Part shown: piece after piece, positions 27,601-37,147 of the stretch
Layout: the number at the start of each line of letters is the position of its first letter
Position numbering within the stretch: position 1 is the stretch's first letter
From: an uncultured delta proteobacterium
GTDB taxonomy: Bacteria; Desulfobacterota; Binatia; Binatales; Binataceae
Length of the DNA stretch: 64,000 bases
Reading direction: 5' to 3'
NCBI GenBank assembly: GCA_963724395.1
Contig: CAVRUK010000005.1
Span: 211,737 to 275,736 of the forward strand
Notes under the pieces: generated by a model
Database searches by the model: none
Told to the model about the DNA's origin: nothing
The model's input: the letters and a program-made list of their open reading frames with translations, nothing else
Program-made: the position numbers and the translations under genes

Positions 27601-30060
27601 GTGACATCGGGGAAATTCAACGTGCGCACGACGCGCGCGCCGTCATCCTGGGGGCTTCATCGTCCGGAGCGTGGACTATTGCCGCCACACGGCGCGTTGA
27701 CGATTGCGCTGCTGGCGGTCTTCTCGATGCTCGCGGCGGCAATCGCGCGAGCGCAGGGTCCGGCGCCAGTAATTTCTAGAATTCAGATCGCCGGAAACCA
27801 GCGCGTCGAAGACGACGCGATTCGAATCCACATCACGCAGCAGCCCAACCAGCCGCTCGATCAGGCGGCTGTCGATGCCGACATCAAGTCGATCTACCGG
27901 ATGGGTTTTTTCGAATCGGTCACGGCGCACGTCGAGCAGCAGGGCGGCCGCGACGTGCTGGTGTATCGGGTCAAGGAGCGCCCGCAGATTACCGACGTCA
28001 AGTTCTACGGGATGAAGGCGATCCGGTCGAACGACGACAAGATCGTCGCGGCGACCAGGTTGCATCCGGGCGCGATCCTCGATCCGGTCGCGGTCAAGGA
28101 CACTATCAACGCCGTCGAGCAGGTCTACGCGGACAAGGGTTACTCCGACGCCAAGGTCACCTTCAGGCCGATTCCGCAGCCCGACAACACGGCGTTCGGC
28201 GAATTCGACGTGGTCGAAGGGCCCAAGGTTGAGATCACCAAAATCCAGTTCGTTGGCAATCATGCGTTTTCGTCGTCGGTTCTAGCCGGCCAGATGGAAA
28301 CGAAAACCTACAGCCGGCTGCTGAGCTGGGTCACCGGATGGGGCGCGCTCGATCAGAAGAAAATCCAGGAAGACGTCGATCGGATCACGGCCTTCTACTA
28401 CGACAACGGCTACCTGAACGTGGCGGTCGCGCAGCCGCAGATCGTGCGCAGCGGCAGCAATATTACCATCGTAATAAATATCGACGAGGGCACCCCGTAC
28501 CGGGTCGGCCGCATCAATATCGAGGGTAACCTGAAGTTTCCGCGCCGCGAGCTGCGCAAGCAGCTCACGATGAAATCTGGGCAGCTGTTCCGCGGTTCGA
28601 CGCTGCAGCGCCAGGTGCTGGCGCTGTCGGACTTCTACTCGAACCGCGGCTACGCGTACGTCAACGTTGACCCACGCACGCAGTTGGTCCACACCACCAA
28701 GCGCGTCAACGTGGTGTTCGTCATCAACCCGGGTCACGAAGTGATCGTCGACCGCATCAATATCAGCGGCAACACCAAGACCTCGGACAAGGTTATCCGC
28801 CGCGAGATCCAGGTGCAGGAGCAGGAGCCGTACAGCGCCGAGGAGATCCGCGATTCGCAGACCCGCCTGCAACGGCTGGGATTCTTCACCGATTCGCGCA
28901 TCACCACCTCGCCGGCCGCGCAGCCCGACAAGATAAACCTGGACGTGAACGTGACCGAGGCCAACACCGCGTCGTTCCAGGTGGCGGGCGGATTCGACAG
29001 CTACCAATCCCTGTTCGGTAACTTCACGCTGGGCAACACCAACCTGTTCGGCGGCGGCGAATCGCTCATCGCCAATGCGCAGGTCGGCTTCCTGTTCCAG
29101 AATTACAGCATAAGTTACACCGAGCCGTGGTTCCTGGACATCCCGCTCAGCGTGGGCATGCAACTGTTCGACAACAAGACTTACCTGATCAGCTTCAACC
29201 AGTCGTCGGCGGGCTTCACCTTGACGACCACGTATCCGTTGACCGAGCTCGGCTTCAAGAAGCTCGGGCCGTTCTCTCTCAAAGACATCACGCTGGGACT
29301 GGGTTACTCCTATGAGAGCATTGGAATCACGGGGCTGAACCAGTTCACGACCTTCCCAATCGCGCGCTACAAGGGCTACACGCAGATCTCGCAATTTACG
29401 CCGACATTACGGCGCTTCACGGTGGACAATCCGGTCGATCCGCGCACCGGCACCGTCGAGAGTCTCAGCCTGCAGTTCGGCGGATTCGGCGGCAGCCAGG
29501 AGTTCGTCAAGGGCGTCGTGCATTTTCGATATTTCTACCCGTTCCTGAAGAGCCAGACGCTCGGGACCTTCGTGGTGTCGCAGGGAATCACCTTCGGCAT
29601 CGGCACCAACCTGCAAAGCGGGACCGGCGGCGAGTTGCCGCTGTACGAGCGATTCTTCCCGGGAGGAGTCGGCGGTCCGGGCGACGTGCGCGGCTATCAG
29701 CTCTATTCATTGGGACCGCAAACGACGATCTACAGTCAAAACGGCACTCCGCTCAGCGTTCAGGATTACGGCGGCAGCGAGGAATTGTTGCTGAGCAACG
29801 AAATCACGTTCCCGATCCTGTCGGGATTGGGAATCCGCGGGGTCGTATTCAGCGACGCCGGGCAGTCTTTCCTGCTCCATCCACCACCAGGTGCTGTACC
29901 AGGTTCATTGAGCATCACCAATCTGCAGGCGTCGGTTGGATTCGGCGTGCGCTGGAAGTCGCCATTCGGACCGCTGGCGGTGGATATCGCCTTCCCGATC
30001 AACCCGCGGCCGGCCGACCAGAGCACGGTCTTCGAAGTCGGGGCAGGCTCGCCGCTGTAG
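27601..30060 (+). CDS. bamA: Outer membrane protein assembly factor BamA
   Basis: Five POTRA-like repeats (IQIAGNQRVEDDAIR..., VKFYGMKAIRSND..., IQFVGNHAFSS..., INIEGNLKFPRRELR..., INISGNTKTSDKVIRRE) and a C-terminal 16-strand barrel ending with the GVRWKSPFGPLAVDIAFPI motif. The start is uncertain (GTG 27601, TTG 27679). Confidence 0.93.
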   Translation: MTSGKFNVRTTRAPSSWGLHRPERGLLPPHGALTIALLAVFSMLAAAIARAQGPAPVISRIQIAGNQRVEDDAIRIHITQQPNQPLDQAAVDADIKSIYRMGFFESVTAHVEQQGGRDVLVYRVKERPQITDVKFYGMKAIRSNDDKIVAATRLHPGAILDPVAVKDTINAVEQVYADKGYSDAKVTFRPIPQPDNTAFGEFDVVEGPKVEITKIQFVGNHAFSSSVLAGQMETKTYSRLLSWVTGWGALDQKKIQEDVDRITAFYYDNGYLNVAVAQPQIVRSGSNITIVINIDEGTPYRVGRINIEGNLKFPRRELRKQLTMKSGQLFRGSTLQRQVLALSDFYSNRGYAYVNVDPRTQLVHTTKRVNVVFVINPGHEVIVDRINISGNTKTSDKVIRREIQVQEQEPYSAEEIRDSQTRLQRLGFFTDSRITTSPAAQPDKINLDVNVTEANTASFQVAGGFDSYQSLFGNFTLGNTNLFGGGESLIANAQVGFLFQNYSISYTEPWFLDIPLSVGMQLFDNKTYLISFNQSSAGFTLTTTYPLTELGFKKLGPFSLKDITLGLGYSYESIGITGLNQFTTFPIARYKGYTQISQFTPTLRRFTVDNPVDPRTGTVESLSLQFGGFGGSQEFVKGVVHFRYFYPFLKSQTLGTFVVSQGITFGIGTNLQSGTGGELPLYERFFPGGVGGPGDVRGYQLYSLGPQTTIYSQNGTPLSVQDYGGSEELLLSNEITFPILSGLGIRGVVFSDAGQSFLLHPPPGAVPGSLSITNLQASVGFGVRWKSPFGPLAVDIAFPINPRPADQSTVFEVGAGSPL

Positions 30061-30222
30061 CTTCTACCAAGCGTGCAATATTATGAGATGCAGCGCCTCT
30101 GGCGGCGTAGCAACTGGATTTAATACCCTGTGAAGTATTATTGTGTATATTTCCCGTTCACGAGTGATGCGCCGCGGCGACGCGTCCGACGTAGCGGGTC
30201 AGCAGGAGGCTTTCCGGGCTCT

Positions 30223-30879
30223 ATGAGGCAACGGTTGTTCATCGGTGCGATGTTCGGTGTGTTCCTTGCGGTGATGTCCGCGGCGGTGCCAGCGCATGCC
30301 GACCTCAAGTTCGCGTATGTGGACGTGCAGCGAGCGCTCAACGAGTGCGACGCCGGCAAGAAGGCCAAGGCCGAATTCCAGGGCCGTGTCACGTCGCTCG
30401 AAGCGCGCCTGCAGCGGCAGCAGAACGAAGTCCAGGCACTCAAGGACGAGATGGAGAAAAAGGGCATGCTGATGAACCCGGATCAGCGCCAGAGTCTCCA
30501 GGACCAGTACATGGATAAGCTCAAAAACTTCGAGCGCGACTACAAAGACTCGAAGGACGAATTGCAGGCGAAGGACCAGGAGGTCACCGCGAAAATCGTG
30601 CATGACCTCGCGCAGGTCATTCGCACGCTTGGCGAGCGCGACAACTACACGATGGTCTTCGAAAAAGGATCGATCCTGTGGGGCACGCCCGCCATCGATA
30701 TCACCGACCAGGTGATCCGTAGTTACAACGCGACACACGTGGCGATAGGTTCGCTCGGTGAAGGCACCAGCGGCGGAGTTGCGCGCACCAGCATGCGGGC
30801 CCAGGATGCGGGCGCGGGCGCGTCGGAGCCGTCGGATTTCGGCGCGGATGCGGCCAAGAAGTCGACGATCTCGAAGTAG
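30223..30879 (+). CDS. skp: Periplasmic chaperone Skp (OmpH family)
   Basis: Signal peptide MRQRLFIGAMFGVFLAVMSAAVPAHA, then LKFAYVDVQRALNECDAGKKAK and a coiled-coil. It sits in the classic position after bamA. Confidence 0.85.
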   Translation: MRQRLFIGAMFGVFLAVMSAAVPAHADLKFAYVDVQRALNECDAGKKAKAEFQGRVTSLEARLQRQQNEVQALKDEMEKKGMLMNPDQRQSLQDQYMDKLKNFERDYKDSKDELQAKDQEVTAKIVHDLAQVIRTLGERDNYTMVFEKGSILWGTPAIDITDQVIRSYNATHVAIGSLGEGTSGGVARTSMRAQDAGAGASEPSDFGADAAKKSTISK

Positions 30880-30928
30880 CGCTCGAGGTGAAGTAGCGCT
30901 CGAGGTAAGGTGCGCGAAGTAATTCCCG

Positions 30929-31384
30929 GTGCCTGACGACGCCAAAGTCGGAGAGCTCGAGCGCGTGATGGGGCTGCTGCCCCATCGCTACCCTTTTCTG
31001 CTGGTCGATCGCATCGTTGAGCTGGGCAAGGGCCGCGTCGTAACGATCAAGAACGTAACCTTCAACGAACCGTACTTCGCGGGGCATTTTCCGGGTCATC
31101 CCGTGATGCCGGGTGTGCTGATCGTCGAGGCGCTGGCGCAATCGGGGGCGATCCTCGCGCTCAACGAAGTCGGCGGAGATCCGACGCGCTTGTTCATGCT
31201 GACCGGGCTGGACAAAGTGCGCTTTCGACGCCGCGTAATTCCGGGCGATCAGCTGCGGATAGAAGTGAAAATTCTGAAATTCCATCGTCCGCTGTGGCGG
31301 ATGCAGGCGACGGCGCGCGTCGGCGACGAGTTGGCGGCCGAAGCGGAATTGTCGGCGATGGAAGTCGAGGAGCAAGTTCGATAG
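30929..31384 (+). CDS. fabZ: 3-hydroxyacyl-ACP dehydratase FabZ
   Basis: LLPHRYPFLLVDRI, FFAGHFPGHPVMPGVLIVEALAQ and a 151-aa length. Confidence 0.95.
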   Translation: MPDDAKVGELERVMGLLPHRYPFLLVDRIVELGKGRVVTIKNVTFNEPYFAGHFPGHPVMPGVLIVEALAQSGAILALNEVGGDPTRLFMLTGLDKVRFRRRVIPGDQLRIEVKILKFHRPLWRMQATARVGDELAAEAELSAMEVEEQVR

Positions 31385-32175
31385 CGGGCCGAATCCATCC
31401 TTCCGCGGTCATCGACAATCGCGCCGAACTCGACACGAGCGTCGACGTCGGCGCGGGCGCGGTGATCGGGCCCAACGTCAGGATCGGCGCGGGCACGCTG
31501 ATCGGTCCGTGCGCGATGATCGAGCGCAACACCACGATTGGCGCGCGCAATCGCATCTGGCAGTTCGCGGCGATCGGCGCGGAACCGCAGGATCTCAAAT
31601 TCAAGGGTGAGCCGTCGGTCGTCGAAATCGGCGACGACAACATGATTCGCGAGTTCGCGACCATTCACCGCGGCACCGAAGGCGGCGGGATGATCACAAA
31701 GGTCGGGAGTCACACGCTGGTGATGACATACGCGCACGTTGCGCACGACTGCATCATCGGCGATCACGTGATCCTTGCTGCGTCGACGGGCCTCGCGGGC
31801 CATTGCGTGATCGACGAGTACGCGATTTGCGAGGGCCAGGTCGGGGTGCATCAGTTCACTCGCATCGGCACTCATGCGATCGTGGCGGCCGGCGCCAAGG
31901 TCGCGCAGGACGTGCCGCCGTACTCGATGGTGGCGGGCACGGAGCGCGCACGGCTGGCGGGCGTCAACGAAGTCGGTCTGAATAGGCGCGGCTTCAAGCC
32001 CGAAACGGTTGCGGCGCTGAAGTCGGCGATTCGCACGCTGTTTTTCTCGAAGATGCTGCGCGAGGAAGCGATCGCGAAAACTCTCGAAGAACACGGTGAG
32101 CTTGCGGAAGTGCGCCGCCTGGTCGATTTCATAAACAACTCGAAGCGCGGAGTCGTTGGCCGCGAGCGTGAATAA
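31381..32175 (+). CDS. lpxA: UDP-N-acetylglucosamine acyltransferase LpxA (start codon unresolved)
   Basis: RIHPSAVIDNRAELDTSVDVGAGAVIGPNVRIGAGT hexapeptide repeats, with IREFATIHRGT and VGVHQFTRIG. There is no ATG/GTG/TTG in frame between the fabZ stop and the conserved IHPSA. The next upstream in-frame start is GTG 31294, overlapping fabZ by 91 nt. Confidence 0.88.
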   Translation: MAGRIHPSAVIDNRAELDTSVDVGAGAVIGPNVRIGAGTLIGPCAMIERNTTIGARNRIWQFAAIGAEPQDLKFKGEPSVVEIGDDNMIREFATIHRGTEGGGMITKVGSHTLVMTYAHVAHDCIIGDHVILAASTGLAGHCVIDEYAICEGQVGVHQFTRIGTHAIVAAGAKVAQDVPPYSMVAGTERARLAGVNEVGLNRRGFKPETVAALKSAIRTLFFSKMLREEAIAKTLEEHGELAEVRRLVDFINNSKRGVVGRERE

Positions 32176-32983
32176 GCTCGGGCTCATCGCGGGCAACGGC
32201 ATCTTCCCGCTCGAAGTAGCGCGCGCCGCACGCGAGCGCGGAATCGAGATCGTCGCCGTCGCGCACGTGAATGAAAGCGAGCGCGCGCTCGACTCGGTTG
32301 CCGGCGAAGTCACCTGGATCAAAGTCGGCGAGCTGCAGAAAATAATCGACGTGTTCAAAAGCGCCGGAGTGTTGGAAGCCGCGATGGCCGGCGGCATCTC
32401 ACGCGCGCGGCTGAAAGATTCCTTCGCGCCCGACGCGCGGGCGCTCAAGATGCTCGCGGGAATCGCGCGCTTCAGCGACGACGCAGTGCTGCGAGGTATC
32501 GCGCACGAAGTCGAGACTGATGGAATCAAAATGATCGATCCGGTGCCGATGATCGAGCATTGGCTCGCGCGGGCCGGCGTCGGCGCCGGTCCAGAGCCAA
32601 CTCCCGCGCAGCGCCGCGATCTCGACCTCGCGTTCGCGGTCGCGCGCCGGCTCGGCAGCTACGACATCGGCCAGACGGTCGCGGTTCGCGACGGAATGGT
32701 CGCCGCGGTGGAAGCGCTGGAAGGAACCGACGCCGCAATCCGCCGCGCGGCCGCGCTGGTAGGCGCGGGACTCGTGGTGGCCAAGGCGGCGAAACCGGGA
32801 CAGGACCTGCGCTTCGATCGGCCCGCGATTGGCCCGGACACCGTTCAATTGCTCGCCGAGGTCGGCGCGGCGGTGCTGGGCGTCGAAGCAGGAGTCGCGC
32901 TGATTCTCGAACGCGATCGCACGCTCGAACTAGCGCGCGCGAAAAACGTGACGATATACGGCTATGCCGAAACCAGTGGCTGA
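32156..32983 (+). CDS. lpxI: UDP-2,3-diacylglucosamine pyrophosphatase LpxI (DUF1009)
   Basis: LGLIAGNGIFPLEVARAARERGIEIVAVAH...GQTVAVRDGMVAAVEALEGTDAAIRRA is the LpxI family pattern. It lies between lpxA and lpxB as in LpxI-type lipid A clusters. Confidence 0.82.
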   Translation: MAASVNKLGLIAGNGIFPLEVARAARERGIEIVAVAHVNESERALDSVAGEVTWIKVGELQKIIDVFKSAGVLEAAMAGGISRARLKDSFAPDARALKMLAGIARFSDDAVLRGIAHEVETDGIKMIDPVPMIEHWLARAGVGAGPEPTPAQRRDLDLAFAVARRLGSYDIGQTVAVRDGMVAAVEALEGTDAAIRRAAALVGAGLVVAKAAKPGQDLRFDRPAIGPDTVQLLAEVGAAVLGVEAGVALILERDRTLELARAKNVTIYGYAETSG

Positions 32984-33923
32984 GCTGCGCGCCGCGGTGA
33001 TCGGCGCGGGCCGGCTGGGCACTCTCCACGCGCGCAAGTACGCCGCGATTGCCGGAATCAGGCTCGCGCACATCGTCGATATCGATCGCGAGCGGGCCGG
33101 AGCGCTGGCGTCGGAAGTTGGCGCGACGCCGACTACCGATTACAAGATGCTCGCGGGCAAGGTTGACCTAGTGACGGTCGCGTCGCCGGGCGTGACGCAT
33201 CATGAGATCGCATCCGCGATGCTGAAAGCGGGCATCGACGTCCTGCTGGAAAAGCCGATGGCCGAGACGCTGGCGCAGGCGCGCGACCTGGCCGCGCTGG
33301 CGTCGGGATGTGGACGCATTCTTCAGATCGGCCACCTCGAGCGTTTCAATCCGGCGGTCGTGCATCTGCATTCGATCGTGAAAAATCCGCGCTTCGTGGA
33401 ATGCCATCGGCTGGCGCCGTTCACCGAGCGCGGCACCGACGTGGACGTGCTGCTCGATCTGATGGTGCACGATCTCGACGTGATCCTGTCGCTGGCGCCC
33501 TCGGAAGTCGCGTCGCTCGAGGCCGTTGGCGTCGCAATTCTTACCGATCGAATCGACCTCGCGAACGCGCGCATCCGCTTCCAGAGCGGCCTCATCGCAA
33601 ACCTGGTCACCAGCCGCGTGTCGGCGCGGCGCGAGCGCAAGATTCGCTTCTTCCAGCCCGACGCGTACATCTCGGTCGATTACGAAGCGCGCAGCATCCA
33701 GGTGTATCGCAAAACTCCGCCGGCGCGGGGCGCGCAATTTCCGACAATTTCGGCCGAGCAAATCGATTTCGGCGAAGGCGATCCGCTCGCCGACGAAGTC
33801 AATGCGTTCGTCGCTGCCGTTCGCAGCAGGTCCACGCCGGCGGTCAGCGCCGACGACGGACTCCGCGTGATGGAGCTGACCGAGAGAATCAAGGAAGTGA
33901 TGCTGACGGATTCGGTGCCTTGA
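32964..33923 (+). CDS. Gfo/Idh/MocA-family NAD(P)-dependent oxidoreductase
   Basis: Rossmann N-terminus (LRAAVIGAGRLGTLHARKY), VLLEKPMA and GHLERFNP. This gene is commonly co-located with lpxI/lpxB. Confidence 0.82.
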   Translation: MPKPVAELRAAVIGAGRLGTLHARKYAAIAGIRLAHIVDIDRERAGALASEVGATPTTDYKMLAGKVDLVTVASPGVTHHEIASAMLKAGIDVLLEKPMAETLAQARDLAALASGCGRILQIGHLERFNPAVVHLHSIVKNPRFVECHRLAPFTERGTDVDVLLDLMVHDLDVILSLAPSEVASLEAVGVAILTDRIDLANARIRFQSGLIANLVTSRVSARRERKIRFFQPDAYISVDYEARSIQVYRKTPPARGAQFPTISAEQIDFGEGDPLADEVNAFVAAVRSRSTPAVSADDGLRVMELTERIKEVMLTDSVP

Positions 33924-33957
33924 CGCCTGCGGTCCGCTGCGACAGCATTGGTCTGCG

Positions 33958-34404
33958 ATGCGTCTGACCAGGCTAAGAATTCTCGGCGCTGTCATACTCG
34001 CGGCCGGCGCAGCGTTTCTCATCTTCACCGCGACCACAGATTGCACGCCGGTAACCGGCAGCGACGACGTCGCCATCAACGTGTCCGCGCTGCGTCCCGG
34101 CAGCGCGCGGCTTTTCTGTTACACCGACAACGCAGGCGAACGTCTGCGGTTCGTCCTCGCACGCGGCAACGACGGCAGGGTGAGCTCGGTGTTCGACGCG
34201 TGCCGCCAATGCTTCGCGTTCCATCGCGGCTACCGGATAGCTGGCGGCGAACTGATTTGCCGGGTGTGCGGGAATCACTACCCGATCGATCGGATGACGG
34301 AAGGTAAAGCGTCGTGCGTGCCCGTCAGCCTGCGGCATGAAGACGATTCCGGAATCGTGCACATCAAGACCGCGGATCTCAAGGCCGGGGGCGCGCTCTT
34401 CTGA
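33958..34404 (+). CDS. Membrane-anchored CxxC/CxxC zinc-ribbon protein, DUF2318-like
   Basis: N-terminal TM (LRILGAVILAAGAAFLIF) followed by FDACRQCFAFHRGYRIAGGELICRVCGNHYPIDRM. This resembles the DUF2318 proteins found with metal-uptake and thioredoxin genes. Confidence 0.5.
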   Translation: MRLTRLRILGAVILAAGAAFLIFTATTDCTPVTGSDDVAINVSALRPGSARLFCYTDNAGERLRFVLARGNDGRVSSVFDACRQCFAFHRGYRIAGGELICRVCGNHYPIDRMTEGKASCVPVSLRHEDDSGIVHIKTADLKAGGALF

Positions 34405-34429
34405 CTATCCGAGTAGCTATAGCAAGTTC

Positions 34430-35041
34430 ATGATTTTCAACACCATAAGGAACTATAGCCGCGTTCTGGGAATAGTCAGTCTCGCCGCGCTTCTTACTCT
34501 GTCGGCCTGCGGCGATCGTGAAGCCATGGGCGACTATCCGGCGGCTAACGGGAACAATTGCCTGCCGGAAGTGAGTCTGATCGATCAGCACGGTGCCACC
34601 ATCTCACTCGCGTCGCTGAAAGGTAAGCCGGTCCTGATCGATTTTATCTACACCTCGTGCGCATCGACTTGCCCGATGCTGACGGCAAAGATGGCGGCGA
34701 TCGCGCATCAGCTTGGTCCCGCTCTGGGAGCCGACGTTACGATAGTGTCGATCACGCTCGATCCCGAGCACGACAGCCCCGCGGAACTCGCAAAGTACGC
34801 GAAGAGCCACGACGCCGGCGGCAACGGCTGGATTTTTCTGACCGGGACGCCCGCGCAAATCGACCAGGTGCTCGCATTGTTCAAGTTGCGCCGGACGCGC
34901 GAGAGCGATGGATCGATCACGCATTCGATAGAAGCATTCCTGCTCGGTCCCGACGGCCATCAGATTCGGCAGTACAACGCACTCGACGTGAGCCCGGACG
35001 CAGTCGCCGCCGACGTTGATCGCGCCCGCAGCAAAGGCTAA
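34430..35041 (+). CDS. SCO1/SenC-family copper chaperone / thiol-disulfide oxidoreductase (paralog 1, lipoprotein)
   Basis: Lipobox LTLSAC, the CxxxC motif in FIYTSCASTCPM, DPEHDSP, and the conserved His in GSITHSIEAFLLGPDG. Confidence 0.85.
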   Translation: MIFNTIRNYSRVLGIVSLAALLTLSACGDREAMGDYPAANGNNCLPEVSLIDQHGATISLASLKGKPVLIDFIYTSCASTCPMLTAKMAAIAHQLGPALGADVTIVSITLDPEHDSPAELAKYAKSHDAGGNGWIFLTGTPAQIDQVLALFKLRRTRESDGSITHSIEAFLLGPDGHQIRQYNALDVSPDAVAADVDRARSKG

Positions 35042-35052
35042 GAGCACAGACG

Positions 35053-35373
35053 ATGGCAACCTCGCTGACGATCGACCGTACTTCGATGCGGCAAATTGCC
35101 GCGGCGATGGCGTTCGTCATGATGATGGCGAGTCTGCCGTCGATCGGCGTGATCGTCATTTCGGATCGTTCCGGGCCGAGTATCTCGATGGACATCTGCC
35201 ATCCGCTGCAATCGCTCGACAGCGCGCCCAGCGCCGTGCCAATCGCACGCCCTGCGCAGCCCGGCATCGGCGCGAGGATTCTTTCGCACGAGAGACTCGC
35301 TCAATTCGTTCCCATTCTGAAGAGTAAATTAGCCGACGCTCCCGACCCGCCACCGCCCAAGCTGTTCTGCTAG
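35053..35373 (+). CDS. Hypothetical membrane/secreted protein ending in a C-terminal Cys
   Basis: 106 aa, starting 12 nt after the SCO stop. It has a hydrophobic segment (IAAAMAFVMMMASLPSIGVIVI), MDICHP, and a Pro-rich end (ADAPDPPPPKLFC). No family was recognised. Confidence 0.4.
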   Translation: MATSLTIDRTSMRQIAAAMAFVMMMASLPSIGVIVISDRSGPSISMDICHPLQSLDSAPSAVPIARPAQPGIGARILSHERLAQFVPILKSKLADAPDPPPPKLFC

Positions 35374-35473
35374 CAGGGCACTTTCAAATTTTCATCAAGA
35401 GATGATTGCGCGCGAGCCTCGACGGTTCGCGAGCACATGGGTGCGGCCTTAGTTGGCCGGGGATGGGTGTTCT

Positions 35474-36469
35474 ATGCGGAGCAATCATATGTCGTGGCGC
35501 CTGGCTTTCTCTAAGTCGGCCAGACGCGTGTTGGTGGCGACAATTTTCGCGATCGGTCTAACGCCCGGTCTGGTTTGGGCGTGTGCATGCGGATGCGGAG
35601 TTTTCGAGGTGGATACCGAAGCTCTAATTCCCCAGGGAACGGGAGGCCAAGTGTGGTTTCAATATGAATACATGGATCAGTACATAAACTTTAAAGCAAC
35701 TCAGCCAGCCTCTGAATTCCAGAATAACGACAAGTACATCCGAACCAATTTCATGGAAGTCGGCGGACAGTACATGTTCAATCGGAGTTGGGGAGTGATG
35801 CTCGAGGTGCCCTATTGGTCGCGCTACTACAAGGGTGCCTATGTCGGCAACAACGCCGACATTCATTCGTTCCAGGACGACTCGATCGGCGATATCCGAA
35901 TCCAGGGGATGTATACGGGTCTCTCGGAGGACATGTCGACCGGACTGATGGCGGGAGTCAAGGTCCCGAGCGGCCAGTGGACCTATCCACCCTACGATCG
36001 GGACACGCAGATCGGCACTGGAAGCACCGATCTTCTCCTGGGCGCTTACCACATCGGATCATTACCGACGAAGTTGGGGACCTTGCCGTTGACCTTCAAG
36101 GAGCGCCCCTTCAATTACTTCGTGCAGGTCAACTACGATCTGCCGCTGTGGGAACAGGACCAGTACACGCCTGGTAGGGAAGTCGACGGCGCAGTAGGAG
36201 CCTACTACGATTTCGGCAAAGTTGGTTTTCTCAAGGAACTCGCACCGATGCTGACCTTCCTCGCCTCTGACCGTACGCGGGATACTGGAAATAACGCAAA
36301 CCCCGGCGCCAGCGGCTACACGCGTTTGCTCCTGGCTCCGGGAGGCGAAATCAAAATCGGGGTCATCAGGGCCTACGCAGACATTGAGGTCCCGGTTTTT
36401 CAAAACGTGAGGGGCTATCAGCTGACTGCGGCCTACGCGACCAAGCTGATCCTGAGCTACAGCTTCTGA
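35474..36469 (+). CDS. Outer-membrane beta-barrel protein (PF13557 / MetA-pathway transporter-like) with an N-terminal CACGCG motif
   Basis: Signal peptide ending GLVWA, then CACGCGVFEV. It shows an alternating beta-strand pattern, VKVPSG...IGTGSTDLLLGAY, and the terminal LILSYSF (C-terminal Phe, an OMP signature). The region is AT-richer than its surroundings. Confidence 0.6.
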   Translation: MRSNHMSWRLAFSKSARRVLVATIFAIGLTPGLVWACACGCGVFEVDTEALIPQGTGGQVWFQYEYMDQYINFKATQPASEFQNNDKYIRTNFMEVGGQYMFNRSWGVMLEVPYWSRYYKGAYVGNNADIHSFQDDSIGDIRIQGMYTGLSEDMSTGLMAGVKVPSGQWTYPPYDRDTQIGTGSTDLLLGAYHIGSLPTKLGTLPLTFKERPFNYFVQVNYDLPLWEQDQYTPGREVDGAVGAYYDFGKVGFLKELAPMLTFLASDRTRDTGNNANPGASGYTRLLLAPGGEIKIGVIRAYADIEVPVFQNVRGYQLTAAYATKLILSYSF

Positions 36470-36546
36470 AGCGAAGGGAGGGACAACCTTGAGCTATCGG
36501 CTTTTAACCTGCAACTCAGAAACCATAACTACCATAGGATACAGAT

Positions 36547-37137
36547 ATGAGTATTCATCGTAATCTCAGATCTCTCGGAATAGCGTTAGTCGTAGTGTCA
36601 AGCTTGTTCGCGGCTGCTGGATGCCACAGCGACTCAACCGCGGAGGGCGCTAGTGTCCTCACGGACACCAAGCTCGTCGATCAGAATGGCAATACGCTCA
36701 CGCTCGAGTCGCTCAAGGGCAAGCCGATGGTGGTGGATTTCATCTATACGACGTGCCCGGGTCCCTGCCTGATGGAGACGGCAAAGTTTGCGAACGTCGC
36801 GCTACGGCTGGGCAACGATCTCGGTTCGAAGGTGATTCTCGTTTCGATCACTGTCGATCCCGAGCATGACGGCCCTAAACAGTTGCTCGACTACTCGCAT
36901 CAGCAGGGCGCGGATGAGAAGGGCTGGTATTTCCTGACTGGAGGGCCCGCGGACGTCGATAAGGCGCTGGCGGGTTTCAAGCTCAGCCGGCAAATCGAGC
37001 CCGACGGTTCGGTTGGCCACATGATTGCTATGATGCTGATCGGCCCGGATGGGCGGATAGTTAGAGAATACAACGGCGAAGCCGTGAGGGCCCAGGACAT
37101 CGTCCAGGATGTCAAGAAAACGCTCAACGAGGGCTGA
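36547..37137 (+). CDS. SCO1/SenC-family protein (paralog 2, lipoprotein)
   Basis: Lipobox FAAAGC, the CxxxC motif in FIYTTCPGPCLM, DPEHDGP, and GSVGHMIAMMLIGPDG. Confidence 0.88.
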   Translation: MSIHRNLRSLGIALVVVSSLFAAAGCHSDSTAEGASVLTDTKLVDQNGNTLTLESLKGKPMVVDFIYTTCPGPCLMETAKFANVALRLGNDLGSKVILVSITVDPEHDGPKQLLDYSHQQGADEKGWYFLTGGPADVDKALAGFKLSRQIEPDGSVGHMIAMMLIGPDGRIVREYNGEAVRAQDIVQDVKKTLNEG

Positions 37138-37147
37138 GAGACGCAGC

